64,000 bases of DNA from an uncultured bacterium (GCA_963695095.1 CAVOFT010000001.1:1632001-1696000); one strand, 5' to 3'; shown: positions 41,597 to 56,617, counted from the first letter of the stretch. Program-made: numbers and translations. Notes: a model not told the origin generated them from the letters alone.

Positions 41597-42403
41597 ATGA
41601 TGATGACGACCGGCCCGGCCCGCCCTGCCGTCCGCCTCTTGGCGCTGGCGCTCGTCCCGATGACCCTGTCCCTGGCGGGCTGTGGCAAGAAGAAGATCGA
41701 AAATCCCTACGAGCCGGCCAGCCTGGCCCAGGCCGTGAGCGGCGAAAGCACGAACAAGCTGTTCAAGTTCGAGCTCAGCTCGCCGAAGATCCTGGCGGTG
41801 GGGAGCAAGCTGGCCTTGCTCAGCGAGGCGGATCGCCTCGAGTTCCTCTATGCCGACGACATCGCCCTCCTCAGCAGCATGGACGCCGGTTTCAAGCTCG
41901 GCGTGCGTCGGGAATGGGGCAGCAATCCCGATGTCTTCCTGGTGCTGGAGCACGTCATCGAGGGGTCGGACACTTCCTTCGTCACTGCGGATGAGCCGCC
42001 CGTCTTCCCTTCCTATCAGAATTTCGCCTCCTTCGATCGCAGCAACTTCGTGGACCTGGCCGCCGATCTTGGCCGCCTGGGCGAAGCCGACCAGCGCTCC
42101 ATGCTAAGGGCCTACGGCCAGCAGGGCGAGCGGATCTGGGTGACCGGCGAGTTGACGCGCAGCGATCTCGGCGGGGCGCTCAGCTACACGCTGAGCACGC
42201 CGTTGGGGCGTTTCAAGCTGGAGGGCATCAACTCGCTCGGCGAGCTCTTCCTCAAGGCGGCGATGGCCGAGGGCGGCCAGGTCGGCGTCGGCGGCCCCCT
42301 GGGCGAGGTCTATCGCCGCAGCCAGCAGGAGACCACCGGCGTGCTGGGGCCGATGACGCTCGAGGTCTTCCGCTTCCAGAACTACATGATCACCAACGGC
42401 TAG
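41597..42403 (+). CDS. hypothetical lipoprotein
   Basis: Lipobox LAGC; own promoter and terminator; no family recognised. Confidence 0.75.
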   Translation: MMMTTGPARPAVRLLALALVPMTLSLAGCGKKKIENPYEPASLAQAVSGESTNKLFKFELSSPKILAVGSKLALLSEADRLEFLYADDIALLSSMDAGFKLGVRREWGSNPDVFLVLEHVIEGSDTSFVTADEPPVFPSYQNFASFDRSNFVDLAADLGRLGEADQRSMLRAYGQQGERIWVTGELTRSDLGGALSYTLSTPLGRFKLEGINSLGELFLKAAMAEGGQVGVGGPLGEVYRRSQQETTGVLGPMTLEVFRFQNYMITNG

Positions 42404-42418
42404 CGCTTCTGTTTCCGC

Positions 42419-42445
42419 GCCCCGGTCCCGCGACCGGGGCTTTTT
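42419..42445 (+). terminator. intrinsic terminator
   Basis: GCCCCGGTC-CCGC-GACCGGGGC-TTTTT. Confidence 0.8.
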
Positions 42446-42493
42446 CGTACCCGCTGCTGCGGTCCTGTGCTTCAATGGTCCCAGGAGGCGACG

Positions 42494-43543
42494 ATGAAGA
42501 TCGGACTCATCGGCCTGCCACGGGTCGGCCGGACCACCATCTACAACCTGCTCACGGGGCGGGGCGAGGCGACGGGGGGCTTCGGCGGGCGCGAGGCTCA
42601 TCGGGCCACGATCAAGGTGCCCGATGAGCGCATCGATCGCCTGGCCGCCATCTTCAAACCCCGCAAGACGACCTACGCCGAGATCGAGTTTCTCGACCTG
42701 CCGGCCTTCGAGGTCGGCCGGGGCGGCATTCCCGCCGATCGCTTGACCGAGATGCGCAACGTGGACGCCCTCGTCCACGTCCTGCGCGCCTTCCCGGTGG
42801 ATGAGCCCACGGCGGGTCCGGCCGGCGATGCGTCCGCGCTCGAGCAGGAGTTGATCCTGACGGACCTGCTGGTCGTCGAGCGGCGCCTCGAGCGGCTGCG
42901 GGCGGACTTCGCCAAGGGCCGCAAGGAGCTGGCCCCGGAACTGGAGCTCATGGAGCGTCTGCAGACGGCGCTCGGCGAGGAAACGCCGCTGCGGAGCATC
43001 GCACTGGACGAGGCCGACGATGCCTTGATCCGCGGCTACCAGTTCCTCAGCCGTCCTCCGATGGTGCTGCTCGCCAACTGCGGCGCCGCCACCGCGGCGG
43101 CCGAGCTGGCGCCGGTCGCCGAACTGGCCGCGGCGGGGGGGCTGGCCTATCTCGCGCTGGATGGCATCGCCGAGTGGGAGATCGCCCAGCTGGCGCCCGA
43201 GGACCGGCAGGCCTTCCTCGCCGACCTGGGGCTGAGCGAACCGGCGCGGGACCGCTTCATCCGTGTCTGCTATGATCTGCTCGAGCAGGCCGCCTTCTTC
43301 ACCGTAGGGGAGGACGAAGTGCGGGCCTGGACCATCCAGCGCAACCTGCCGGCCGTGCGCGCAGCGGGCAAGATCCACAGCGATCTCGAGCGCGGTTTCA
43401 TTCGAGCCGAGGTGATCGCCTACGATCGCTTCATCGGACTGGGCACTTTGGCGGAGGCGCGCAAGCAGGGCGCGCTGCGCCTGGAGGGCAAGGAGTACCC
43501 CGTGCAGGACGGGGACATCGTGAACATCCGCTTCAACGTCTAG
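42494..43543 (+). CDS. ychF: YchF-like Obg-family ATPase (divergent)
   Basis: VPDERID, PRKTTYA, FFTVGEDEVRAW, AGKIHSDLERGFIRAEV, EGKEYPVQDGD. Confidence 0.88.
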   Translation: MKIGLIGLPRVGRTTIYNLLTGRGEATGGFGGREAHRATIKVPDERIDRLAAIFKPRKTTYAEIEFLDLPAFEVGRGGIPADRLTEMRNVDALVHVLRAFPVDEPTAGPAGDASALEQELILTDLLVVERRLERLRADFAKGRKELAPELELMERLQTALGEETPLRSIALDEADDALIRGYQFLSRPPMVLLANCGAATAAAELAPVAELAAAGGLAYLALDGIAEWEIAQLAPEDRQAFLADLGLSEPARDRFIRVCYDLLEQAAFFTVGEDEVRAWTIQRNLPAVRAAGKIHSDLERGFIRAEVIAYDRFIGLGTLAEARKQGALRLEGKEYPVQDGDIVNIRFNV

Positions 43544-43555
43544 ATCGGAGACGCC

Positions 43556-44521
43556 ATGCGACGCGAGCCGGTGAGCGGCCTCCAGGCGGGCCAGGAGATC
43601 GACAGCATCTACATCCTCAAGCGCAAGCTGCTCAAGAAGAACCCGGATGGCAGCCGCTTCCTGCTCTTCCAGTTCAGCGACAACAGCGGCGTCCTGGGCG
43701 GCATTCTCTGGGAAGCCGCCCAGGATGTCTACGACCGCCTGGAGCAGGGTCGCTTCGTGCGCGTGCACGGCGACATCCAGGACTACCGCGAGCAATTGCA
43801 GGTGCGCGTGCGCCACATCGAGGCGGTGGACGGTTCGCGCTTCGACCTGGCGGAGTTCCTGCCCGTGACGCCGATGGATCGGGAAGCGCTGGCCGAGGAG
43901 TGGCGGCGGCGCCTGGCCGATGTGCGGAATCCCGCCTTGCGCAGCCTGCTCACGACGATGTTCGAGGACGAGGAACTGGGCTGGCGCTTCCGCGCCGCCC
44001 CGGCGGGCAAGACCTGGCACCATCCCTACGTGGGCGGCCTCATGGAGCATGTCATCAAGCTCAGCCGCATCGTGATGGCCCTGTGCGAGCTCTACGCCGA
44101 ACTCGACCGCGACCTGCTCCTGGCGGCCTGCTTCCTGCACGACCTGGGCAAAGTGCGCGAGATGGAGTACGAAAAGGCCATCGACTACAGCTCGGAAGGG
44201 CGGCTGGTCGGGCACGTCGTGGAGGGCGTCGAAATCCTGGACGAGTTCCTGCCCCGCTGTCCCGAGCTCGGTGTGGAGACGATCTACCGTCTCAAGCACC
44301 TCATCGTCAGTCATCAAGGGGCCTACGAGTTCGGCAGCCCCAAGCTGCCCAAGACCCTGGAGGCGATCGTCTTTCACCACATCGACAACCTCGATGCCCA
44401 GATCGACGGCTATGCCCGCGTGCTCAAGGAGGGCCGCGAGACGATGGGCGGCGACAGCAACTGGACGGGCGTGCACAAGCTGCTCGGCCGCAATCTCTAC
44501 ATGGGAGGGCATGAGGAGTGA
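43556..44521 (+). CDS. yhaM: YhaM-like 3'-5' exoribonuclease (OB + HD)
   Basis: N-terminal OB fold; APAGKTWHHPYVGGLMEH, LHDLGK, SHQG, IDNLDA. Confidence 0.88.
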   Translation: MRREPVSGLQAGQEIDSIYILKRKLLKKNPDGSRFLLFQFSDNSGVLGGILWEAAQDVYDRLEQGRFVRVHGDIQDYREQLQVRVRHIEAVDGSRFDLAEFLPVTPMDREALAEEWRRRLADVRNPALRSLLTTMFEDEELGWRFRAAPAGKTWHHPYVGGLMEHVIKLSRIVMALCELYAELDRDLLLAACFLHDLGKVREMEYEKAIDYSSEGRLVGHVVEGVEILDEFLPRCPELGVETIYRLKHLIVSHQGAYEFGSPKLPKTLEAIVFHHIDNLDAQIDGYARVLKEGRETMGGDSNWTGVHKLLGRNLYMGGHEE

Positions 44522-45699
44522 GGCCGCGGGCCTTCGTGATCATCCTCGACGGACTGGGCATCGGCGACCTGCCGGATAGCGCGGCCTTCGGGGACACGGG
44601 GCGCAACACGCTGCGCAATCTGGCGACCGCCGTGGGCGGACTCAGGCTGCCCGCGCTCGCGAAGCTGGGGCTGGGTCGTATTCAGCCCTGGTCGGGCATG
44701 GCGGAGGGCCCCGTGCAAGGCGCCTTCGCGCGCATGGCCGAGAAAGCCCAAGGCAAGGACAGCACCACGGGCCACTGGGAGCTGATGGGCTTGACGCTCG
44801 CGCGCCCCTTCCCGCTCTTTCCGGGGGGATTCCCCGCGACCCTGCTCGCCGACCTGAGCCGTCGTACCGGTCGGCGCTTCCTGGGCAACGAGGCGGCCTC
44901 CGGCACGGAGATCATCGAACGCCTCGGCGACGCGCATTGCGCCAGCGGCCACCTGATCGTCTACACATCCGCGGATTCGGTCTTCCAGGTGGCGGCGCAC
45001 GAGGACGTGCTGCCCCCCGGCGAACTCTACGCCTTCTGCGCCGAGGCTCGCGCCGTCCTGCAGGGCGAGTACGGGGTCAGCCGTGTCATCGCGCGCCCCT
45101 TCGCGGGGCCCAGCGGCGCGTACCGGCGAACGGCCGGCCGTCGCGATTTTTCCCTACCGCCGCCCGGCGAGACCCTGCTCGACCGCCTGCTGGCGGCCGG
45201 CCTGCCGGTACTCGGCATCGGCAAGGTGAAGGACCTCTTCGCCGGCCGCGGCTTCAGCGAGCACCTGCCCAGCACGAGCAATCGCGAAGGCATGGCCCAG
45301 CTGCGCGCGGTGCAGGCCCGGCCCCCGGCGGCGGGGCTGGTGTTCGTCAACCTCGTCGACTTCGACATGCTCTGGGGGCACCGGCGCGATCCGGCGGGCT
45401 ACGCCGCGGGCCTGCGGGAGTTCGACGACTGGCTGGCGGGCTGGCTGACCGGGATGCTGCCCGGCGACCGTGTCTTCATCACCGCCGATCACGGCAACGA
45501 TCCCACCGGGCCGGGCAGCGACCACACGCGCGAGTACGTGCCGCTCCTGGCTGCCGCGCCGCGCTTGCGATCGCCGCTCGACCTGGGACGCCGCGAGAGC
45601 TTCGGCGATCTGGCGGCAACCCTGGCCGAGGCCTTTGCCCTGCCGCCCAGCGGCGACGGCCGCTCCTTCTGGAGCGAGCTGGAAGCCGCCGGCGCCTGA
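44518..45699 (+). CDS. deoB: phosphopentomutase
   Basis: GKDSTTGHWE, YTSADSVFQ, NLVDFDMLWGHRRD, TADHGNDPT, HTREYVP. Confidence 0.95.
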   Translation: MRPRAFVIILDGLGIGDLPDSAAFGDTGRNTLRNLATAVGGLRLPALAKLGLGRIQPWSGMAEGPVQGAFARMAEKAQGKDSTTGHWELMGLTLARPFPLFPGGFPATLLADLSRRTGRRFLGNEAASGTEIIERLGDAHCASGHLIVYTSADSVFQVAAHEDVLPPGELYAFCAEARAVLQGEYGVSRVIARPFAGPSGAYRRTAGRRDFSLPPPGETLLDRLLAAGLPVLGIGKVKDLFAGRGFSEHLPSTSNREGMAQLRAVQARPPAAGLVFVNLVDFDMLWGHRRDPAGYAAGLREFDDWLAGWLTGMLPGDRVFITADHGNDPTGPGSDHTREYVPLLAAAPRLRSPLDLGRRESFGDLAATLAEAFALPPSGDGRSFWSELEAAGA

Positions 45700-45734
45700 T
45701 GGCCGGCTTTGCGGCCGCCCACGAGGAGGGAGCG

Positions 45735-46139
45735 ATGGACGAGCAGACACTGATCGCAGCGGCGCTGGCCGCCCGGGCCGGCGCGCACGCGCCCTACTCG
45801 GGCTTTCGCGTCGGGGCAGCGCTCGCCTGCGCGGATGGCAGCCTCTTCAGCGCAGCGAACCTGGAAAACGCCTCCTTGGGCCTGTCCGTCTGCGCGGAGC
45901 GCAACGCCGTCGCAGCGGCTGTTTTCGCCGGCCAGCGGGCCTGGCGCGCGATCGCGATTGCGACCGATGGTCCCGGCTTCACGCCGCCCTGCGGCGCCTG
46001 CCTGCAGGTACTGCGCGAGTTTGCCGCCGACTTGACCGTTCTGCTCGTCGACCGGGAGGGGGCCGTCCAGCGGCGGCAGTTGAGCGAGTTCCTGCCGCAT
46101 CCTTTCGTGGATTTCCCGAGAGCCGGGCAGGGCCGATGA
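45735..46139 (+). CDS. cdd: cytidine deaminase
   Basis: APYSGFRVGAAL, CAERNA, PCGACLQ. Confidence 0.95.
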   Translation: MDEQTLIAAALAARAGAHAPYSGFRVGAALACADGSLFSAANLENASLGLSVCAERNAVAAAVFAGQRAWRAIAIATDGPGFTPPCGACLQVLREFAADLTVLLVDREGAVQRRQLSEFLPHPFVDFPRAGQGR

Positions 46140-47485
46140 ACCTGCTACCCCTGATCCTGGCCAAGCGGGAGGGCGCGGCTCTCGATGCGGAGAGCCTGCG
46201 CGAGTTCGTGGCCGCTGTCAGCACCGATGCGGTGCCTGCCTACCAGGTCAGCGCCCTGCTCATGGCCATCGTCTGGCGCGGCATGGACGCCGCCGAGACG
46301 GTGGCGCTCACGCGGGCGATGGCCGCCTCGGGCCAGTGCCACGATTGGTCGGCCCTGGGTCGGCCGACGGTGGACAAGCACAGCACGGGCGGGGTCGGCG
46401 ACAAGGTCTCCCTCGTCCTTGCTCCCTTGGTGGCCGCGCTGGGGGCGGCCGTGCCCATGCTCAGCGGCCGGGGGCTCGGCTTCACCGGGGGCACGCTCGA
46501 CAAGCTGGAGTCCATTCCCGGTTTCGACACGCAGCTCGACGAGGCCCGCTTCCGGCGCCAGGTGGCGGAGCTGGGATGCGCGTTCATCGGGCAGAGCGAG
46601 CGCATCGCGCCCGCCGACCGCCGGCTCTATGCCCTGCGCGATGTTACCGGCACCGTCGAGTCGCTGCCGCTCATCGTCAGTTCCATCCTCAGCAAGAAGA
46701 TCGCCGCCGGGCCCGCGGCCCTGGTCATCGATCTCAAGGTGGGCGAAGGCGCCTTCATGCGCACGCTGGCGGCGGGCCGGGCGCTCGGCGCGGCGCTGCG
46801 GGAGACGGCGGTCGAGTTCGGGCTGCGCTGCACGGTGCTGTATTCCCGCATGGACACGCCGCTCGGCCAGAGCGTCGGCAATCGGCCCGAGTTGCGTGAG
46901 GCGCTGGCACTTCTGAACGGCGGGGGACCAGCGGCGCTGCGGGAGCTGGTTCTCGCCCTGGCCGTGCTCATGCTCGAGCTGGCCCGCGGGGACGCGCGGA
47001 CCGCGCTGCGCGCCGAGTGCGAGGCCGCCCTGGCCAGCGGTCTCGCGCGGGACCGCTTTCTGGCCATCGTTGCCGCCCAGGGCGGTCGCCTGGCGGGACA
47101 GCGCGCCGACTGGGGACTGCCCCCGGCCCTCGCGAGCGAGACCCTGACCGCAGCGGCAGCGGGCTACATGCCGGCTGCGGATGCAGCCGCGATCGGACGT
47201 CTCTGCGTCCGGCTGGGCGCCGGCAGGGCGCGCGTGGACGACGCGGTCGACCCGGCTGCCGGCATCCAATTCCTGAAGGATTGGGGAGAGCCGGTCTTGC
47301 CAGGTGAAGCGATCGCACGGGTCGAAGGGAACGACCCGCAACGGGTCGCCGCCGCCGCCGCCGCCCTGACGCCGCTGATTGCGGCGCAGGTCGCACCGCC
47401 GCCTGCGGTATCGCTGCTGCTCGGTCTCGAGGACGAGCGGGGATTCCACCCCCTGCGCAGTCTGGCCGAACTGATCGGCGACTGA
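46136..47485 (+). CDS. pdp: pyrimidine-nucleoside / thymidine phosphorylase
   Basis: DKHSTGGVGDK, SGRGLGFTGGTLDKLESIPG, YALRDVTGTV, SILSKKIA. Confidence 0.93.
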   Translation: MNLLPLILAKREGAALDAESLREFVAAVSTDAVPAYQVSALLMAIVWRGMDAAETVALTRAMAASGQCHDWSALGRPTVDKHSTGGVGDKVSLVLAPLVAALGAAVPMLSGRGLGFTGGTLDKLESIPGFDTQLDEARFRRQVAELGCAFIGQSERIAPADRRLYALRDVTGTVESLPLIVSSILSKKIAAGPAALVIDLKVGEGAFMRTLAAGRALGAALRETAVEFGLRCTVLYSRMDTPLGQSVGNRPELREALALLNGGGPAALRELVLALAVLMLELARGDARTALRAECEAALASGLARDRFLAIVAAQGGRLAGQRADWGLPPALASETLTAAAAGYMPAADAAAIGRLCVRLGAGRARVDDAVDPAAGIQFLKDWGEPVLPGEAIARVEGNDPQRVAAAAAALTPLIAAQVAPPPAVSLLLGLEDERGFHPLRSLAELIGD

Positions 47486-47499
47486 GGGCAGGCGGGCGA

Positions 47500-49668
47500 T
47501 CAGGGCTTGGGCAGATCCTCTTCCTGATTGAGACGATCCACTTCGCGCAGGCCGGGACCCGTGCCCAGCGGCGCCGATTTGCCGTGCGCGTGGCGGTCGC
47601 AGACGCGCGTCGGTTCCTGCCCTTCAATGAAGACTTCTTGCACCGTGCTCTTGCAGTAGCGGGTGGACAGCAGCCCCGATTGGCGACAGACGGCGACCTT
47701 GACGACGCCCTCCGGAATGACGAAGGGTTCCGGCGCCAAGTCGGCGTGGAGGCCTTTCATGACCTCGGTCCAGATCGGCAGGGCGGCATGGGAGCCCTCC
47801 ATCCACTGCCCCATCTGCTGCTTCTCGTCGAAGCCGACCCAGACGCCGCAGACGTACTGGCGCGTGAAGCCCACGAACCAGGCATCGAAATTGGAGTCCG
47901 TGGTGCCGGTCTTGCCGGCCGCGGGGTGACGGAAGCCCAGGCTGCGGGCCCGAATGGCCGTTCCCGAATCGATCACCGATTCCAGCATGCTGGTGATCAG
48001 GAAGTTGCTGCGTGGGTCGATCACCTCGCGGCGCTCGGGTTGGTGTTCCTCGAGTACCTGGCCCCAGCGGTCGATGACGCGCAGTACGGCGAAGGGTTCG
48101 CTGCGGATTCCGCCGGCAGCAACCACCCCGTAGGCGTTGGTCAATTCGAGCAAGGTAACATCAGCGGCGCCGAGCGCGAGCGAGATCACCGGCGGCATGG
48201 GACTCTCGATGCCCAAGCGGCGCGCGTAGTCGATGAGCATGGCCGGGCCCAAGCGACTGGTCAGCTTGACTGCCGGGATGTTGATCGACTGCGCGAGCGC
48301 CTCGCGCAGCGTGATCTCGCCGAGGAACTTGCCCGAGTGGTTGCGCGGACGGTAGGACTTGTTCTGACCTGGGAGGGGGATGGCCACCGGGGTGTCGAGA
48401 ATCAAGTCGCTGGGCGCAAATCCGTTCTCGATGGCGGCGAGGTAGACGAAAATCTTGAAGGCGCTGCCCGGCTGCCGCGGCGCCTGCACGGTACGGTTGA
48501 ATTCGCTCTGCGTGAAGTCCCGCCCGCCGACCATCGCGCGGATCGCCCCGCTCTGCGGATCGAGGACCAGGACCGCACCCTGGAGGTACTGCTCGCGCAC
48601 GGGCACTTGCTCGCCGGCCTTGTAGCGCTCCGTGACGGTGGCGTAGGTGTTGGGATAGCCCATGCGCTCCTCGAGGTAGCGCAGGTAGGCTTCCATCTCT
48701 TCCTCTGCCAGCAGCTGCGCTGCGGGGTCGATGGTGGTCTCGACAGTGAGCCCATCCCGGTACAGCTGCTCGGTGCCGTAGCGATTTTCCAGGTACTGCC
48801 GGACGAATTCGAGGTAGTAGCTCCCGCTGCGCCGTTCCGCCGTTCGCTCGAGCAGGCCGAGAGGTGCCGCTTGCAATGCGGTGGACTCGCTCCGTGCCAG
48901 CCGGCGGTTGTCGACCATCGCCCGCAAGACGAGATTGCGCCGTTCACGAGCGCGCTCGGGGAAGCGCTGCGGATTATAGGCCCAGGGATTCTTCGGCATC
49001 CCCGCGACCAGGGCGGCCTGGGCCACGTCGAGCTCGGCAGCGGGTTTGCCGAAGAGCGTCTGCGAAACCGACTCGACTCCGTAGGCGCCGGCGCCGAAGT
49101 AGACCTGGTTGAGGTACATCGTCAAGATCTCGTCCTTGGCATAGGCCCGCTCGATCTTGAGCGTGAGGATCATCTCCTTCAACTTGCGCTCGAGGCTCTG
49201 ATCCTTCGTCAGGAAGAGATCGCGGGCGAGCTGCTGGGTGATCGTGCTCGCGCCTTGCAAGGGCGCATCGCGGCTCTTCAAGCGGATGACGATGTCCGTC
49301 AGCAGCACTTTCGGCCAGCGCAGGATGTCCAGGCCCCAATGCTCGTAGAACCGCCGGTCCTCGACGGAAAGCACTGCATCCACCAAGTGGCGAGGCATTG
49401 CCTCGAGGGGGATGGCGACGCGGTTCTCGATGCCGAAGGAGCCATAGATGTCTCCGTGCCGGTCGAGCACCTGCGTCTTCAAGCTCTGGGTGATCATCTG
49501 CAGGCGCGTCGTGGAGGGCAGATCCCGGGAGAGCCAGGCGAAGCTGGCGATGCCGATGCCGCAGGCGAAACAGAAGGCGACCAGTATCAAGCCGAGGAGC
49601 CAGCGCCGACGCGCAGAGCGCGGGCGCCCGGGAAGCCGACGCGGGGGGAGGCTGGTCTGGGTATTCAT
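47500..49668 (-). CDS. mrcA: class A penicillin-binding protein 1A
   Basis: EDRRFYEHWG, QGASTITQQL, YLNQVYFG; SAFK, SIN, KTG motifs. Confidence 0.93.
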   Translation of the reverse strand: MNTQTSLPPRRLPGRPRSARRRWLLGLILVAFCFACGIGIASFAWLSRDLPSTTRLQMITQSLKTQVLDRHGDIYGSFGIENRVAIPLEAMPRHLVDAVLSVEDRRFYEHWGLDILRWPKVLLTDIVIRLKSRDAPLQGASTITQQLARDLFLTKDQSLERKLKEMILTLKIERAYAKDEILTMYLNQVYFGAGAYGVESVSQTLFGKPAAELDVAQAALVAGMPKNPWAYNPQRFPERARERRNLVLRAMVDNRRLARSESTALQAAPLGLLERTAERRSGSYYLEFVRQYLENRYGTEQLYRDGLTVETTIDPAAQLLAEEEMEAYLRYLEERMGYPNTYATVTERYKAGEQVPVREQYLQGAVLVLDPQSGAIRAMVGGRDFTQSEFNRTVQAPRQPGSAFKIFVYLAAIENGFAPSDLILDTPVAIPLPGQNKSYRPRNHSGKFLGEITLREALAQSINIPAVKLTSRLGPAMLIDYARRLGIESPMPPVISLALGAADVTLLELTNAYGVVAAGGIRSEPFAVLRVIDRWGQVLEEHQPERREVIDPRSNFLITSMLESVIDSGTAIRARSLGFRHPAAGKTGTTDSNFDAWFVGFTRQYVCGVWVGFDEKQQMGQWMEGSHAALPIWTEVMKGLHADLAPEPFVIPEGVVKVAVCRQSGLLSTRYCKSTVQEVFIEGQEPTRVCDRHAHGKSAPLGTGPGLREVDRLNQEEDLPKP

Positions 49669-49677
49669 TGCGGACAG

Positions 49678-49728
49678 ACCTTAGGGAAGGGGAAATCCCT
49701 TGTCAACGACGGGTACCATGGTTAGCGT
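49678..49728. promoter_or_regulatory. back-to-back promoters for mrcA and tyrS
   Basis: Minus strand TTGACA-N17-TAAGGT; plus strand TTGTCA-N17-TAGCGT; the -35 boxes overlap in TTGTCAA (49700-49706). Confidence 0.65.
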
Positions 49729-49768
49729 TGCTCCGTTCTCCTGGCAAGAAAGGGCAGAAGGGGAGGCC

Positions 49769-50992
49769 ATGCTTTCGGTCAAGGAACAACTCGACATCAT
49801 TCTGCGCGGCACCGAAGAGGTCCTGCCCCGCGAGGACCTCGAACGCAAGCTTGACCGTGCCGTCGCCACGGGGCGGCCTCTGCTCATCAAGCAGGGATTC
49901 GATCCCACCGCCCCGGATCTCCACCTGGGGCACGCCGTCGGCTTGCGGAAACTCAGGCAGTTTCAAGAGCTTGGGCATCGGGTGGTCTTCCTTATCGGCG
50001 ATTTCACCGCGCTGATAGGCGATCCTTCCGGCCGGTCGGAAGTCCGCAAGGCGATGACTCGCGCAGACGTGGCGGCGAATGCAGAGACTTACCGCAAGCA
50101 GGTCGGGAAGATCCTCGATCTGGAGCGACTGGAGATTCGCTTCAACAGCGAGTGGTGCGAACCGCTGCACTTCGCGGACATCCTCAAGATGACGAGCCAT
50201 CACACCGTGGCCCGGATGCTCGAGCGGGACGACTTCGCCAAGCGCATCGCCGAGAATCGCCCGATCAGCATCATGGAGTTCCTCTATCCCCTGATCCAGG
50301 GCTATGACTCGGTTGCGCTGGGGGCTGACGTGGAGGTCGGGGGGACGGACCAGAAGTTCAACCTGCTCGTCGGCAGGCAGTTCCAGCAGGCTTATGGCCA
50401 GGAACCGCAAGTGATTCTCACGCTCCCCCTCCTGGAAGGGACCACCGGCGACGGCGAGAAGATGTCCAAGAGCCTTGGGAACACGATCGGGATCATGGAT
50501 TCCGCGCAGGACCTCTTCGGCAAGACGATGTCCATTCCGGATGCACTGCTGCCCACCTATTTCCGCTTGACGAGCGGGTTGCCTGCCGCGGAAGTCGACG
50601 CGGACCTGGTCCGCCTTGCCAGTGGGGGCATCAATCCGGTTCACCTCAAGCGGAAGCTGGCCCGGCAGCTGGTCGATCTGTATGTCGGTGCGGGGGAGGG
50701 TGAACTCGCGGAGGCAGCCTTCGATAGGCTTTTCGTGAGCAAGGAAGCGCCGGCCGATATGCCCGAAAGCCGCTTTCCGGCCGGGGACGACCTATGGATC
50801 ATCAGGGTTCTCCAGGATTCCGGAATGGTGAAGAGCGCCAGCGAAGCTCGGCGCCTCATTCAGCAGGGGGCTGTGGCGCTGGACGGGGAGGCGATCAGCA
50901 GCCCGGACTTCGCCGTGCGCCTGCAGCCCGGCCAGGTCCGCGTGCTCAAGGCGGGTAAGCGGCGGTTCCTGAGGATGATCGCGGTTTCCTAG
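49769..50992 (+). CDS. tyrS: tyrosine--tRNA ligase
   Basis: [27 protein letters not shown]4-like tail. Confidence 0.97.
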   Translation: MLSVKEQLDIILRGTEEVLPREDLERKLDRAVATGRPLLIKQGFDPTAPDLHLGHAVGLRKLRQFQELGHRVVFLIGDFTALIGDPSGRSEVRKAMTRADVAANAETYRKQVGKILDLERLEIRFNSEWCEPLHFADILKMTSHHTVARMLERDDFAKRIAENRPISIMEFLYPLIQGYDSVALGADVEVGGTDQKFNLLVGRQFQQAYGQEPQVILTLPLLEGTTGDGEKMSKSLGNTIGIMDSAQDLFGKTMSIPDALLPTYFRLTSGLPAAEVDADLVRLASGGINPVHLKRKLARQLVDLYVGAGEGELAEAAFDRLFVSKEAPADMPESRFPAGDDLWIIRVLQDSGMVKSASEARRLIQQGAVALDGEAISSPDFAVRLQPGQVRVLKAGKRRFLRMIAVS

Positions 50993-51032
50993 CCCCGGGG
51001 CCGGCCTCTCGGCGGTTTTTTGGGGCAGCCCG

Positions 51033-51197
51033 TTGACATCCCACGAGGCCGTGGGTATATTCACCCCCGCTTCCTCCCCAGCCCCTCGCGGGCCGGGGGA
51101 GGGCAGAGTCCGGCTTCCAAACAAAGTGGTTGACTCTGTATCGTGGAGGGAGTACGGTCCCTCTCCTGTCCCTGAGTGGGCGTTCGCTCTTTGAAAA
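51033..51197 (+). promoter_or_regulatory. rrn tandem promoters P1/P2 and boxA
   Basis: TTGACA-N17-TATATT (51033-51061); TTGACT-N17-TACGGT (51130-51158); GCTCTTTGAAAA boxA (51186-51197); second boxA near 53236. Confidence 0.8.
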
Positions 51198-51323
51198 CCG
51201 AATAGCGCACAGTCCGTTCGATTCCGGATCGTAGCCTTGCGTCCCATTGCTGGGACGCTTTGGTAGAGAAGCGGAGCATGTCCGGCTTGCCTAGCAAGTC
51301 CGGTCGTGGTCCAGGCTATTTCT

Positions 51324-52886
<1,563 letters not shown>

Positions 52887-53018
52887 TGGAGAACCCTCTC
52901 ATTCTGATGTAAGTCAGGAGGGGGGATCACTAGTCGATGCGATCTGGATTGGGCTGTGCGCTATTCAGTTTCCACAGGGCGGCCCGCCCGTGAGTAGGGT
53001 CAGGCGTATCGTCCCAAC

Positions 53019-53092
<74 letters not shown>

Positions 53093-53104
53093 CCCCTCGA
53101 TGAC

Positions 53105-53177
53105 GGGGATATAGCTCAACTGGTAGAGCACCGGCTTTGCAAGTCGGGGGTTGCCGGTTCGAGTCCGGTTATCTCCA
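53105..53177 (+). tRNA. tRNA-Ala (TGC), CCA not encoded
   Basis: GGGGATATAGCTCA...TT TGC AA...GTTCGAGTC...TATCTCCA; G3:U70 pair present. Confidence 0.97.
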
Positions 53178-53289
53178 GTTCGCACGGTGCGGAAGCAAGT
53201 GCACCTGGGAATTTTGTTTAGGCCTTGGGGCCGTTTGCTCTTTGACAATCGCATATCGGGTAAGCGCAAGACCGGTATCTTCAAGAATT

Positions 53290-56291
<3,002 letters not shown>

Positions 56292-56341
56292 TGATTATTG
56301 ATGATACCGTGCGCTTGCCCGATTTTGCGATTGTCGTCATT

Positions 56342-56457
56342 TTCGGTGGCGATAGCGCAGGGGAAACACCCGATCCCATTTCGAACTCGGTAGTTAAGCC
56401 CTGCTGCGCCGATGGTACTGTGGGGGCCACCCCATGGGAGAGTAGGGCGCCGCCGGT
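56342..56457 (+). rRNA. rrf: 5S rRNA
   Basis: CGGTGGCGATAGCG...CCCGATCCCATTTCGAAC...GATGGTACT...GAGAGTAGG...CGCCG. Confidence 0.97.
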
Positions 56458-56466
56458 TTTTTTCCC

Positions 56467-56497
56467 AAGCCCCGCCTCCCGGCGGGGCTTTTTCTTT
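56467..56497 (+). terminator. rrn operon terminator
   Basis: AAGCCCCGCC-TCCC-GGCGGGGCTT followed by TTTCTTT. Confidence 0.9.
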
Positions 56498-56617
56498 GGT
56501 ACCTAACCAAGGCGCGGCGCGGTGGCCTGCAAGGTAAGGGCGAGGACCTGGCGGGCCCGGCGTTCTGTCAACGGCGTCTCTTGCGCCCTGCGCGATGCTT
56601 GATAGGCGGTGGGTAGT

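Noticed and set aside
49669..49768. T-box leader for tyrS
   Set aside because: The intergenic region is only 100 bp and occupied by divergent promoters
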